Below, one piece after another: positions 37,920-51,014 of a stretch of DNA of 64,000 nt. Within the stretch, counting starts at the first letter, position 1; each line of letters begins with the position of its first letter. Where the stretch lies: the NCBI GenBank assembly GCA_001643675.2, contig LSRY02000055.1:62001-126000 (forward strand), written 5' to 3'. Both the position numbers and the translations under genes were made by a program. The notes under the pieces are model-generated. The model was not told where the DNA came from, searched no databases, and worked only from the letters and a program-made list of their open reading frames with translations. The stretch is from Monocercomonoides exilis PA203. Its lineage: Eukaryota; Protista; Preaxostyla.

Positions 37920-38201
37920 ATGTTACGAATTATTTTGTGAATGCTTGGTGAAATAAAATGAAGTGAATTTTGTAACTCAAATTTTATCTTTTTCTTTTTT
38001 CATCATTTCGCAAAATGGAAAAAAAAAATCAACTGAAGAATTTTTTTTTGTTCTTTTATTTCCTTTTTCAAAAAAGAAAAAGAAAAGATATAGATTAAGA
38101 TCAAGAAATAGGAAGAAAATGAAGATTATGAAAGGAAAAAAACGAAAAGAATGGAAGCAAAATGGAAAGAGCTTGAAAAGATGAAAAAAAAGGGATTTGA
38201 A

Positions 38202-39590
38202 GGCGATAGTCAATAAGATTGACACCAAATAATCTCCATGATTTTTATTTTCATTGTAATAATAAAAACAAATAGTGAATGCTACAAAAATTTTGAACAA
38301 TAGAAAAGTGATATTGAGGTTTGAAGTGGAAAAAAAAAGGAGAAATAAAAATAACTGTTTTAATGATATATTCCTTGTCTTTTTCATTAACATGATCGAT
38401 ATCAGAAGATCTGTCAGATGATATTTCTTCTGTTGCTGTTAAAGAAGAATCATCATCTCCATTGGATTTTTTGGATTTTTCGTCGCTATATTCGATCGGA
38501 GTTCCCATTTATATATTTTCACTTTCCTTATTAAAAACCATGCTTTCCACAAATTCTGAAAATTCCATTGATTTTCTATTTGTTGGTTGAAATTCTCCTA
38601 TTATATCGTCTGTTTATCTCTTTTGAATTCCACACCAAGTGAGAAATATCCGAAATTCACTCCAAACAGCTTCAATTGTATTCGTGCACAAACCTTTTTC
38701 AGTTTTGTGTCTTCATTTATGGCATTCGGTGTGATGATCGAATCCTTATGGTTTTAATGATGCATAAGCCTTCCATTCTTCGCATTGAATTGCAGAACCT
38801 GGAGTTATATTTGTAATTATAAATGGTAATAATTGTTCTTTTTTTCTGTTCTTAACTCTGACAATAATGAAATTTCCTTGGCCTCCAGCTGTTTTCATTT
38901 CTTCAACATCGATAAACCAAAAATGCTTTTTTCTTCTTCCGCGATGATATTTTTTTCGTCTAATCCGCATTTCATTTATTTCTACGATCTGTCCAACTTT
39001 TCCCACCTGTTCAAAATTTTGACATAGGTTTGTAACTCGAACTTGTCGTGATAAATTCTTGTAATATGAGATTGTATCCTTATTAACATTAAGTAACATA
39101 CAAATATGCTTGTTTTTTAATCGAATGAATATGAAGAGCAGCAAAAGCAATGTTATTAAAATTCTCAATCTGGAATTTTTCATATGTGTATCTGCGAACA
39201 TGGTTTTTCTGGATTTGCAATTAGGACACGTTAAAAATTCTGTCTTGAACAGAATCCTTTGTAAAATACATTATTGATCAGCACTTCTCACACTCCTTAT
39301 TTTTGTCTGATAATACAGACATTATTAACCAATCCCAGTAAATTTCCTCATTTTGAAACATTGAAAAAAAGGATGAGACCTCCCTTTTTTCCTCCATTTT
39401 TCAATTGTTTTTAATGATAAGTAACACTTTAACTGAAAGTTTTTTTCTGTTAATTTTTGATAATAAAAATAGAAATAAATCCCAGTTTTTCACGTTGTGA
39501 CATTGTTCATAATCATAATATATTTCATTCGATGCAACAATAATGCGAATTTAACGATTTTATCGGATGTCGATCTGATCGACTATTACA
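38202..39590 (-). mobile_element. Merlin / IS1595(ISXO2)-like DNA transposon, decayed, about 1389 bp
   Basis: Imperfect TIRs of about 31 bp: GGCGATAGTCAATAAGATTGACACCAAATAA (38202) vs reverse complement of the right end TGTAATAGTCGATCAGATCGACATCCGATAA (ends 39590). Flanking 8-mers GATTTGAA / GATTCGAT (6/8 match) fit an 8-bp TSD. Encloses an ISXO2-type transposase remnant. Confidence 0.8.
38251..39397 (-). pseudogene. ISXO2/Merlin-family DDE transposase pseudogene
   Basis: ATG at 39397 (MEEKREVSS). Zn-ribbon CEKC...CPNC, HTH-like ICMLLNVNKDTISYY, then GQIVEINE..RKKYHRGRR..W, VKNRKKEQLLPFIITNITPGSAIQCEEWKAY, GFDHHTECH and CTNTIEAVW. One frameshift (about 39235) and several in-frame stops. The 3' end is approximate. 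Confidence 0.85.
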
Positions 39591-39936
39591 GATTCGATGA
39601 GTGCACAATCTTGTTGTTCCGTTGAATTTGAAACATGTGCTTGCAGATTTATATTCGATGGAGAATAATAAAGATTGTTTTATGGTGTTTTGGAAATCTG
39701 TATTCTTTCATTCTCTCCATCTTTTTGGGTTTTTTTTCAACTTTTTATACAGAAAACTCATTTGTTCTGGAAATAAAAGAATTCGAATGTGTAAAATTAG
39801 ATGAAAGTGTTTTTTCAAAAAATACCAAGACTTTTCAAGAAAAATGAACATTTGTTTAAAAGAAAATAATTGAAAATAAGAAATTTAGGAAATCAACAGG
39901 AAAAAAATAAAATTTTTAGAATTTTTCTTTTCGCTT

Positions 39937-39937
<1 letters not shown>

Positions 39938-40005
<68 letters not shown>
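39938..40005. repeat. Poly(A) tract, 68 nt
   Basis: Direct reading. Confidence 0.95.
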
Positions 40006-40009
<4 letters not shown>

Positions 40010-40109
40010 TTCAATTACAAATATCTCTGCTTTCAAATCTGAAATTGTCATTTCGAAAAAATAAGGGATTAGGAAAACAGGTTAGTTATTTCACAGCTCT
40101 ACTGATTTT

Positions 40110-43100
40110 TGAGTTACAAAGTGAAGTGCATCTGATTTCTTCAGATATTCACATAATAATCTGAAATATTTTTTGATATATTTCGAAGATATTTGCAAAA
40201 AATTGAAATGAATTCATAATGGCTCGCAATGGTATCTTCATATCCTTCTTCTTCCATCTTATCAAATATCTTTCTTTTTATTTCTTTTATTTTTTTCCTT
40301 TCGGCTTCGTTAACCTCCTTTTTTTTCAATCTTCTTGAAATACTGAAAAAGAAATAATAACAATTCCTTGTCAAATGATTAAAAGTTGTTGCCTGCTGAA
40401 TCTTCTCCAAAACAGCACCAATAGCCCCGTTTTTCAACAAACCATCAATTTTCACTGTTTTGTTTTTCGCTGCTTCTCTTAACGAACAAAGACATGGCAA
40501 TTGAATTTCTATGTAATTATCTCTTGTTGCTCGAAGCACTTTCACAATGCCATCAATAAGCTTAATTAATTCTTCATTCCATGACCTGCATGACTGAAAA
40601 AAATGATAAAATACATGGATCCATCTCCTGATTATTATCACTTCTGCTTTTCCATTCTCTTCTTTTTTTCTTTTCCAATCCACATTTCTTGTTAGCACTT
40701 CCAGTTCTTTTGTTGACTCTCTTCCAAAATGCAGTTCATTCACAATATCATCTTCCAAGCTTTTATCATTGTCCAATCTGTAAATCAAAAAACCCCAAGC
40801 AGACTGATATACAAGTTGTGTCAGATTTCTGTGTTCTTGATGGTGTTGGATAATCTCTTTGATCTCATTAAAATACAGCTCTTTTTCTATTTTCTAATAA
40901 AAATTTGAAAAATATCAATAACATCAAAAACAAAACAGAAATGCTCAAACGTGAAACGTGTCAATGCGTCTCAAAGCCAGCAAAGCCATTTCAACTTCTT
41001 TTTGCGATTCCTCGTTTTCCTCGTTCCTCAATGCAACTTTCAGAAGGCAAGGAACGCAAATTGAAAGTAATTTCGAAGAAATTCCTTCGTTAATCAAAAG
41101 ACAGCATTCGCAAAGATCTGCCAGTAGCTTTTCGTTTTTTCCTTCTGTCTTCTTCTCATTTTCATCTGCAATCATCTGCTCGAATCTTATGCACAACGAC
41201 GAATTCACAAAATTATTAATCCAAATACTTTTTGATATTTTGTAATGTCCAATATGCTTCAGCAACAACAATGCATTTTCCATTGACATTATCTTTTCTT
41301 CAATCATTTTGTCTGTTTTGTCGAACAAACTTTTTGTTAAAACAAAATTGAACATTTCGAAATTCATTTCCTCCACAAGTCCGTTCATTTCTTCGATTTT
41401 ATGTTTCTGCTCACGTTCATTGCAATGCTCCAACTGATCAAACAATTCTTCAATAAATTTATTTATGATGGAAAGCGCTGAACACTCAAATAATAGAAAA
41501 ATGTACAAACTTGAAAATTTATCTTCAAGAGATGGTCCTTGAACATTGTCATTGGATTTGTCTTCATCACACATTTCCATTCTGTCTATAATTAGAAAAG
41601 ATCAATTCACAACAAAATTTCAAATGAAAAACAGAAAAACAAACAGAAAAACAAACATTGTTGATAATTGACAATATCAAAATATAATTGTCAAACTCAA
41701 TTCCTTTGTTTAGTATAAATCTGTGTGTTAAAAAAGAAATCACAAAAAAGCCAACGGTGCGGGCTATATTGAGTCAAATACGAAAGAGTTTTATTTCTTT
41801 CTGATCAAGTTAATAATAATTTATTCCAAGGATCTGGATTGAATTTTGAATGAGATTTTGAACGAATTGAAAAATATCAAACATGTTTAGCATTGAATAT
41901 GAAAATAATATCTATTTTAATATTGTTAGCCACATGAAGAGGGGCAACAAATTGTTTTAAAGAACAAAACAAAAAGAAGACAAAAAAGCAACAGTTTGTT
42001 TTTAATCGTGTTTGTTCTTCAATATCCCTTCAAATTTATATTTGAACATTTATATTTCAATTTTTGAACTCACATTTTGTTTCATCTGGAAGCTTTACTT
42101 CATCGAAATGATTTTTTCTGTTATTTCAGAGTGTTTGCTGGTTTCACTGGTTGTTTCAAATTTAATGTGTTGATAATAATTATAAGATATCAGGATACTT
42201 TTGTTATTTGTTCCTTTCTTGAGTGGGTTGTTCAAGTTGAATGAAAAATGATGGAGGGAATGAAGCTTTCTTCAATTTGCAGTTTTTTGATGTTTGGGTG
42301 AATGATAATTGAATGCCTTTGGAGCAATATTAAAGCAACAATGGACAACATTGTCAATTGAGCATTGAAAGAGATTTTATTCCGGAAGGCTTTGAAGCTG
42401 AGCGAAGATGAAAAAATTCGAGAAGGCGAAGGGAGGTTAATTCAATATGCGGAACCAAACACATGCAGAATTTTGAGTACATTCAATCGTATCAATCATT
42501 TAATGGTGAATCCGCTTTAAGTATATTTATCTGTAAAGACGCTTTTTAAGTTTGGAAAATGATCATTTTTGGTTGTTTTGATGATTTTCATTGTTTTGCT
42601 GATTTGAGCGTGAATTTCGAGGCAAATGAGGAAACAATTCGAGCGATGCCAAAACAAATATGAAAGGACAGACAAAACAACAATTGAAGTGCTTGATGAA
42701 ATTAAGGCGTGTAATCCAATTTATTGTTGCATTTGCAATGTTTTTTTTTTTTTTTGAAAAATTTGCATAAGAAAAAGAAAGAAAGAAAGAGATCATCAAA
42801 AATAAAAATAAGTGAAACATTTTTTGCAATGATAATTTCTAATTTTTTCCTTTCTGTTCTATCTCTTTTTTTCTTTCACTTTTAGTGTTGCACAGAAGTT
42901 CTTTTGACTTTTGCTAATAAAAAATAAATGGTTGGGAAGAAATGATAAAAGGCAGACTGCTTCAATCAGAAAGGCGAGAATGCGAGCATTTTTTTTTTTT
43001 GAAAAATGGTATTTCCTCATTTTGAACTTCATATTTTTCTTTTTATTTGTATTCTTTTCTTTGATAATTTTTTGGTAATTTTACGAATTTTTGAAACATA

Positions 43101-43380
43101 TTTCACCCAAAAACGAATTCGTCTTGCAGATCCTTATCAATTCAGACTCAGCAACATGCAGTAACTTGTAAATGCGCTCACCCTCATCGTATTTGTTGGC
43201 CTGTGTTTTTTTTTGACGGCATCTGCTGTTGAATGTGTCTTTCTTGTTTCTTTCCATTAAAAATCGTTGAATCACTCAGGGCATCGCTTGGATGGCATTT
43301 GGATGAAGAAAAGTGACATTAAACTGAATGGAAAGGCTGTTTCAGTGAGGAGAGTTTGTTGACAGATGCGAAGGGGAAAG
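40110..43380. repeat. Right arm of inverted duplication IR2 (gene copy B plus upstream region)
   Basis: See left arm. Identical first exon MEMCDEDKSNDNVQGPSLEDKFS and a nearly identical first intron. Confidence 0.85.
40141..41580 (-). CDS. Copy B of the alpha-helical gene family, 3 exons, about 439 aa, apparently intact
   Basis: Exons 41580-41511, 41447-40951 and 40893-40141 (70+497+753=1320 nt, in frame, ending TGA). Introns are 63 nt (GTTTGT..GAAG) and 57 nt (GTTTGA..TTAG). Family motifs are conserved. Confidence 0.82.
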
Positions 43381-44570
43381 AAGGAGAAGAGAAAGATGAA
43401 AGGGAATGAAAGGGAGAAAGGGAAAGAAGTGAAAGAAGGGAAGAAAGGGAAGCAGAGGGAGAAGAGGGAGAAGAGGAAGGAAGGAAGGAAGGAAGATGAA
43501 GAAAGAAATTTAGAAATAAAACCATTAATTAAATAAATATATTAAATAAATAAATAAATAAATATGGTTACAGATATTCTTTTTCTTCATCTTCTCTCTA
43601 TAATAATAAAAAAAACTCTTCTCTCTCTCTCTCTTCTTCTCTATTTTCTTCTTCATTTTCTTCTCTTCTTCTTTTTCTTCAATCTTTATCTTTATCTTCT
43701 TATTATTCAGAATTCTCAACTTTATTTCCATCATTTTTGTTTTCTTCTTCTTCTTTCAATTCAAGAAACATTTCTTATTTCATTCTTCGCAAAAAGTCCA
43801 TCAACTCAAATGAACAATTCAATTTTGATTTTTATTTTGTTCTTCTATCTTTCTCTTTCTCTTTCTTTCTCAATCTTCAAGGGATGCATCAAAACTCCCA
43901 TTAGAATTTCTTCCTCTTCTCTGATTTTCAAATTAAACAGTTTTTTATTGCCTTCAGAGCTGCAAACGGATTATTTTAACTTTTGGAAATGGAAATGTTG
44001 AAGAATGAATAAACAGGCAGATGAAAGCGTTTGGATTGAACGTTTCTCTTCACTTGAATCTGTATCAACATCGTTGTTTGCTGTTTTTGTTGTCTTTTCA
44101 ACATTCACTGAGGGTTTCTGATATTCCTCGAAAGCAAAGGAAGCATTGATAAAACACAATTTTCTTTTTGCCAATGAAATGAAAAGAGGTTGCTTTTCTC
44201 AAAAGAATCAAAAGAATGAATGAAGAATTTGAAATAAAAAATGGTTGTGAACTCATTTTGGGAAGAACTTTTGTGAAAGAAGGAAGAAAATGGAGAAATT
44301 CATGTTTTTGGAGGGAAAAATATTCGATTTTTTTTTGTTGTTATTTCTTCACTTCATTTTGATGAATCTGGATAACAAATCACTTTAAGCAAACATATGA
44401 AAATTAATTTTTGTATCGTTTTGCGAAATGAATAAAAAAAGAGAAAGTGAAATTGTGAGTCAAGAAATGCTAGGCAACTCATTTCCTCAAATATGCGAAG
44501 AAATTTTGAGCTTTCTGAATTTTGTTCCATTCTTAACCTTCAAATATTTTTCTCAATTTTGAATAATTTC

Positions 44571-46129
44571 CTATGTTTTTTTGATGGGGGAATGAAAGTC
44601 TTTCCATGTTAAGGTTGAAAAAGAAATTTGGCGCGATTCGTTGTTTTTTTCATAAATGAAAGAATTTTGCCCCGTATCCACAAAATAATCAGAAAAAGAA
44701 AACGATGATCTATGAAAACACATTCCGAGAATAAAATTTTGTTTTTCATGAAAGCTTGTGATGGTATCTTCGTATCCTTCTTCTTCCATCTTTTCTAAAA
44801 TCTCTTTTTTCGTTGCCTTTCTATTCACTTCTTCCATTTCGTTTTTCTTCTTTTCTTTCAATCGATTTGAAACATTCGTAAAGAACAACAAGCTTTCCTT
44901 TGCCATTTTGTCAACAATTGTTGGCCGCTGAATCTCCTCCAAAACGGCACTTATAGCCCCACTTCTCAATAAGTCTTCATCTCTCACAACCTTGTCTCCT
45001 GCTGCATGTATCAAGGAACAAACGCACTGACTGCGGATACCTCTGTGATTATCCCCTTTTGCTGCTCGATATACATAGGAAATTCCGCTGAAAAGCTCAA
45101 CAAGTTCTTCATTGCGCAATTTGCATTTGAGAAAATAAAAATTCAATGTTTCGATCCACCTCGTCAATGTTAGCTTTTCTTTCGCTTCTTCTTTGTTCAT
45201 TTCCTCTTCTTTTTTCTTCCAATCAATACATCTTGTGAGCTCTTCCAGTTCTCTTGCTGCCTCTCTTCCAAAATGAAGCTCATTCACAATCATATCTTTC
45301 AAAAAAATAGTGGTGTAAAATCTGTCTATAAAAAATAGCCAAGCAGATTGATAGGCAAGTTTTGTGAGATTTCTGTGTTTCTGTTGATGCTCGATGATTT
45401 CTGTTATTTCCTTCAAATACAGTTTTTGTTCGATATACTTATAATAAATAAAACAATTCAAAAACATATCAAAAATGTTAAAAAAATATGTTCATACCCA
45501 ACGTCCTATATCGCTCAAAGCCAGCAAAGCCATTTCCACTTCTTTTTGCGATTCCTCGTTTTCCTCTTTCCTCAATGCTGCTTTCAGAAGGCAAGGCACG
45601 CAAACTGAAGGAAATTCCTCTAGAGTCACTCCATCCTTCAGAAAAGTAAAGCATTCACAGAGTTCAACCAAAAGCCATTCGTTCTTTCCTTCTTTTTTCT
45701 TTTCTTCTTCAAATATCATCTTTTCAATTCTTTTGTTCAACGAAGAATTTCTAAAATCTAAGATCCAAATGTTTTTCAGAACCTTCAAATATCCAGCATG
45801 CTTCAACAGCAAAATTGCATTCTCCATTGACATTTTCTTTTCTTCAATCATTTTGTCCATTTTTTTAAATAGCTCTGTCTTAAAAATGGATCTGAATTCT
45901 TCCTTATTCATTCCATCAATTTCTTCATTCATTTCTCCAATTTTCTGTTTCTGTTCATCTTCATTGCAATGCTCCAATTGATCAAGTAATTCTTCAAAAA
46001 AAAGAAAGAAATCCAATCAACAAGAATTCTGTGAAGCAATGATTGCACACTGTTGAACTTTTTCGTGTTGTCCGTTTCCTATATACAGATTTTTTTTTAA
46101 AAAAATTTAACAAAAATAAACAATGCCAT
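44571..46129 (-). CDS. Copy C of the alpha-helical gene family (5' exon uncertain; extended C-terminus)
   Basis: Exons 46078-46051, 45991-45498 and 45437-44571, joined by GT-AG introns of 59 and 60 nt at the same positions as in the other copies. The start exon is unresolved; nearest upstream ATG is about 46129. Confidence 0.75.
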
Positions 46130-47199
46130 TTTGATATTCACAATGAAAGTTCATTTGATTGGATAGAAGAAAACAGATGAAAAATTAAACCTCGCAAAAG
46201 ATAAAAGAAATATATGCATTCAAACTGTTCCATCAAGCATTGACATTTTCGACTTGTAACTTCAAAGAAAAAGTACTGTAAATATATTGAAATCTTTTGT
46301 AATGGAATTTATGATCGAATGTGTTTCTTTGAATTAGAACATGATTTGCAAGATGAAAAATAGGAAGGATAGCATTTTCTGTTTAACTGGAAATATTATT
46401 TCATGTGATGGCTATTGACAATGGTAACAAGAGTTGATATTGAAATACCATTTGATAGTTTTTTGTAATTTGATGGTCAAGGATACAACAATCAAATTTT
46501 TGAATAAAATTTTCTGTTTGCATTCACCTTATATTTTTCTGTATATTGTGAAGATATTTCCATCCGTATCCTTTCCAAAGTCGTGATTCATTCAATTTGT
46601 ATTTAAAATGGACGATTTATTCTATGCAGAGCAGAACAGCAAGGAAGCGAGACAAATGTTATTTTACAAATATATTAGAGCCTGAATGTATTTTGTTACG
46701 AATGTTTATGTTTCTTATCATGGACTCAACATGCGCGATGGATAGAAATGCGATGAAAAATGAAATTAAATGGAGCAGAAATCAACGGGGTCGAAAAATG
46801 TCCTAGACCAAAAAGGAAGAACAGTCAATCTCTATGAAAAGGGAGCACCTTTTGAAGATGGCGGGGACATTTTCAAAAAATTTTGTTGGGGTGATTGGGA
46901 CAAATGACTGAAACAGGAGATTGGAGGCAGTTGGGACAGAGCAAGGCGCTTTTCTTGAGATGAGAAAGGCAAGACATTGATTTTATGGATTGAGGGGAGC
47001 GATGGAACAGCATTTGATTGATTGGCTTTTGAACCAAATATACGAGAAAAACAGTCAATTTTGCGAAATACAAGCAGCAGAGATAAATAAAATACAAAAT
47101 GGACTTATATCATTCAACTTTTGTCATCAGCCTTATTTCATCGAAGCATTTTCCACAAGAGTAGAGAACGAGATTGTTTTGTTGAAGATATCATCCAAC

Positions 47200-47213
47200 A
47201 ACAACAACAACAG

Positions 47214-47250
<37 letters not shown>

Positions 47251-47492
47251 TTCATATGAATTTTCCATATTATCTCCGTCTTCAACAACGCCTTCATCAT
47301 CATCTTCTTCTTCTTTCTCTTCATTGTCTTCTTCAACTTTTTCGTATATTTTTCTTCTTCTTAATTTTCATTTTTTTCTTCTCCTTCTTCTCCTTCTTCG
47401 CCTTCTTCTTCTTCCATATTTATTTCAAAAAAAATTCATCATCATCATCATTATCTTCTTCTTCTTCTTCTTCTTCTTCTTCTTCTTCTTCT

Positions 47493-47566
<74 letters not shown>

Positions 47567-48680
47567 TCTTCTTTTTCTACTTCTTCTTCTCCTAAAAAGA
47601 AGAAGAGCATTCCATCTTCACAGGAAAGAAGGAAGAAGTGGTTGAATATTCTTCATTCTTTCTTCCCTTTTAACTTCTCACAGGAGAGACACGAAGAAAT
47701 ATCTTGTCCTTTTGGCAATTAGCTGAAAAAAGAACCATACACATTCACATACATACACACACACACACACAACACCTCCTCCTCTTCCTCCTGTTCCTCC
47801 TGTTCTTCTTCTCTACTTCTGTCTTCTTCCTCTTTCTCTTCTTACTCCTCCCACGATGCTTCATTTGTCTTCCCTGACTTCTTCATTCAGTTTCTTTCAC
47901 CCACATTAATCTTCTCTTCTCTTCTCTTCTTTTCTTTTCTTTTCGTTTCGTTTATTTTCTTTTCTCTTTCATTCCCTTTCATTCCCTTCCCTTCCCTTTC
48001 CCTTCATTCCCTTCCCTTCCCTTCCCTTCCTTTCCTTTCCTTTCCTTTCCTCTCTTCCTCTCTTCAGTCTTCTGCCATTTCTTCTCTCTCATAATTTCTG
48101 TGTTGCTTCCCTCTTTCTCCTCTGGATGTGCTGTTGGATCATATCTTTATGTGCTTTCTTCTTCTTCTTCTTTCAATTAAAATTCCTTTCTTCTTTGATT
48201 TATCCGGAAAAATTCCTCAATTCACAAAAGAAGGGTGAAAAAGGGAATTTTTTATTTTTTATTTAATTTTGATTTTATTTTATATTATTTTATTTTTTGA
48301 ATAATTCTTCTTTTTCTTCAGTAAAATTTGTATTTTTGCAAAGAATTCAATCTTCTTCTTTCTTCTTTCTTCTTTCTTTTTTCTTCTTTCTTTTTTCTTT
48401 TTTCTTCTTTCTTTTTTCTTCTTTCTTTTTTCTTCTTCTCCTTCTTCTTCTTCTTCTTCGATAACTTCAAGCAATAATTCTTATTAAGGTTCACTCATAT
48501 TTCTTTACCTTCTTCTCTTTCTTCTTCTCCTCTTAATATTTCTTTTTCCTCCTCCTCTTCTTCTTCTCCTCTTTTTCTTTCTCTTTCTCTTTCTTCTATT
48601 AATTCTTCATTAAATTCTTCTCCTTCTCCTTCTCCTTCTCCTCCTTCTCCATCTTCTTCTTCTTCTTCTTCTTCAAAGCC
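47200..48680. repeat. Simple-sequence cluster: poly(A), (TTC)n, (TTTC)n, (CA)n, (TTCCC)n; strongly pyrimidine-rich on + strand
   Basis: Direct reading. Confidence 0.9.
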
Positions 48681-49590
48681 ATCAAATCCTTCGCTCTTTC
48701 ATCTTCATGAATCAAAATAAATTTAATAATTACTTCAATAAAAGAAACAGCAAACCTTCATTTCGAACTTTTACATCAATTTCTTTTTATTTTTATTTTT
48801 TTCCACTTGTCAAAGTTCGTTTTAATTTAAAAAAAATTCATTATTCCTGTTTTTGCAATAGATTCAGCAGCTGATTCGCTAATCTTCCCCTTCAAAAAAA
48901 TTTATTGTCCATGAGACCTTAGATTTCCGATCCTTCAGAAAAAAAATTGAGTAATTTGTTTTCAGTTCAATTCGATTAATCAGTATTCTAAGCAGGTTAT
49001 GTTTTGGGAAAAAAGAATTTCATCCAATCTCTTTTCCAAGTTGAATTTCCATGTTGAATTTTCACCTGGAAGCTGATAGCTTGATATTCAGCCCAAAAAA
49101 TCAATAATTTTCCATTTATTTTATTTTTCGGACTCCGAGAACTGAAAAAGTGAAGGAAGAAAATATTTTCGCAATCAAAAGAAAAAAAACGCATATTCAA
49201 AAATATTACGATCTATAAAAAATTGTTGAATTTCCTTCAAAGATGTTTTCAAATAAAGATTAAAAAGGAAAATTGGACAATAAATGCCTCATTTCAACTG
49301 TCCCGTTCCACTACACAAAATTATATTGTCTGTTCTGCAGAAAAATATAAATTTACCAATCTCTCTTGAGCCAATTGTTTTTCAAGTCCAAAGAAAACAA
49401 AAAGATCATAATTTCCATTACAACATACAGAATCAGAAATTTTTCAATTTTTCTCATCAAAAAGCATTGTCAAAAATGCAAATGCAAATAAATTTGGTAT
49501 AAAAGTATTTATTTCTATGATTAATTTTGGTTTTTATTATTCATCTGTTTCATTTCTCCAAATATATTCAAATACTTTATAAATGGCAAA

Positions 49591-51014
49591 ATGACTTGTT
49601 TTCTGGTTGCAATGCATTTTTAAAAATACAGGTTAAGAGCGTCACTGAAAGGTTTACAGGTTTGCAATTGTCGTTGTATTTGAATTCATGTTGATGATGA
49701 TTATGACATAAATTTTTTATAAAAGAATTGTTTGATAAACTTGAAGGTTGCAAAGACGAAGAACAAAAACAGTTAATCCTTGAAATGAATGGACTTATGG
49801 AAGAAATGAACGAAAACGAATTCATATCCGTTATTTCGATTGGAATGTTTGAAAAAATGCACAAAATGATTGAAGAAAGGAAAATATCATTGAAAGATTC
49901 CCTTTTGCTGCTGAAGCATGCTGGATATTTGAAGACCCTGAAAAACGTGTGGAGTAATGGTTTTTATAATTCTGAATTGAAAAGAAGATTTGTGAGGATG
50001 ATTTTTGAAGAAGAAAAGAAAAAAAAAAAGAACGAATGGCTTTTGGCTGATCTTTGTGAATGCTATCTTTTATTGAGCCCCGAGGTTTCTTCGGAATTAC
50101 TTTCAATTAGTGTGCCTTGCCTTCTGAAAGTTGCGTTGAAGAAAGAGGAAAACGAGGAGACTCGAAAGAATGTGGAAATGGCTTTGCTAGCCGTAAGCAA
50201 CGCCGGATATTGGGTTTGAGTATTTCTGATATATTTTTGATATTTTTATTTATTTATTTATTTTTTTTGAAAGTCGGTCGAACAAAAACTGCATTTGAAT
50301 GAAATCAAAGAAATTGTGCAATATCACCAGGAGCATCGCAACTTGACACGACTTGCCTATCAGTCTGCAATGCAATTTTTGATTCACAGATTGTTCTATG
50401 ATATGAGCTTGGAAAGTGTTATTGTGAATGAGTTGCATTTTGTGAGAGAAGCAACAAGAGAATTAGAAGAGCTGGCAAGATGTGTGGATTGGAAGAAAAA
50501 AGAAGGAGAGAGAAAAAGAAAAGATATTAAAGAAGAGCTTGCTATTACAAGATGGCTGCAAATATTTGAGTTTTTCTTTCGCTTCTGCGGATTAAGGAAT
50601 GAAGAATATATTGAGCTTTTTAGCCGCATTGTCCAGGTATATCGAGTAGCAAAGGATAATCGCAGAGAAATTTGTAAGAAATGCATTTATCTCCTTTTTG
50701 AAGTAGCAGGTAGCAAAGCTGTCAAAGTTGAAGACTTGCTGAAAGGCGGAGCAGTTGATGCTGTTTTGGAGGAGATACAGAGGCCAACAATGGACGATGA
50801 AATGGTTCATCATTTTTTAATATTTTTTGTGAATGCTTCAAGGCGATTGAAAGAAGAGGAAAGAAAGGCAACGAAAAGGATGGTTTTTGAAAAGATGGAA
50901 GAAGAAGGATACGAAGATGCCATCGCAAGCTTTCATGAAATGTTTTGTTTTCTTAATAATATATTTTTTGGTGATTTATCGTTGAACATTTCGGATTATT
51001 CTGTTAATGTTTGA
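49591..51014 (+). CDS. Copy D of the alpha-helical gene family (5' exon uncertain)
   Basis: Exons 49632-49659, 49726-50213 and 50274-51014, with introns of 66 nt (GTTTGC..AAAG) and 60 nt (GTTTGA..AAAG). Motifs LADLCECYLL, VEMALLAVS, HQEHRNLTRLAYQSA and KMEEEGYED; ends TGA. Confidence 0.78.

Larger units (their letters stand above)
34770..37985. repeat. Left arm of inverted duplication IR2 (upstream region plus gene copy A)
   Basis: Reverse-complement similarity to 40110-43380, including near-identical tracts 36091-36309/41783-42000 and about 36432-36627/41445-41640. Confidence 0.85.
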
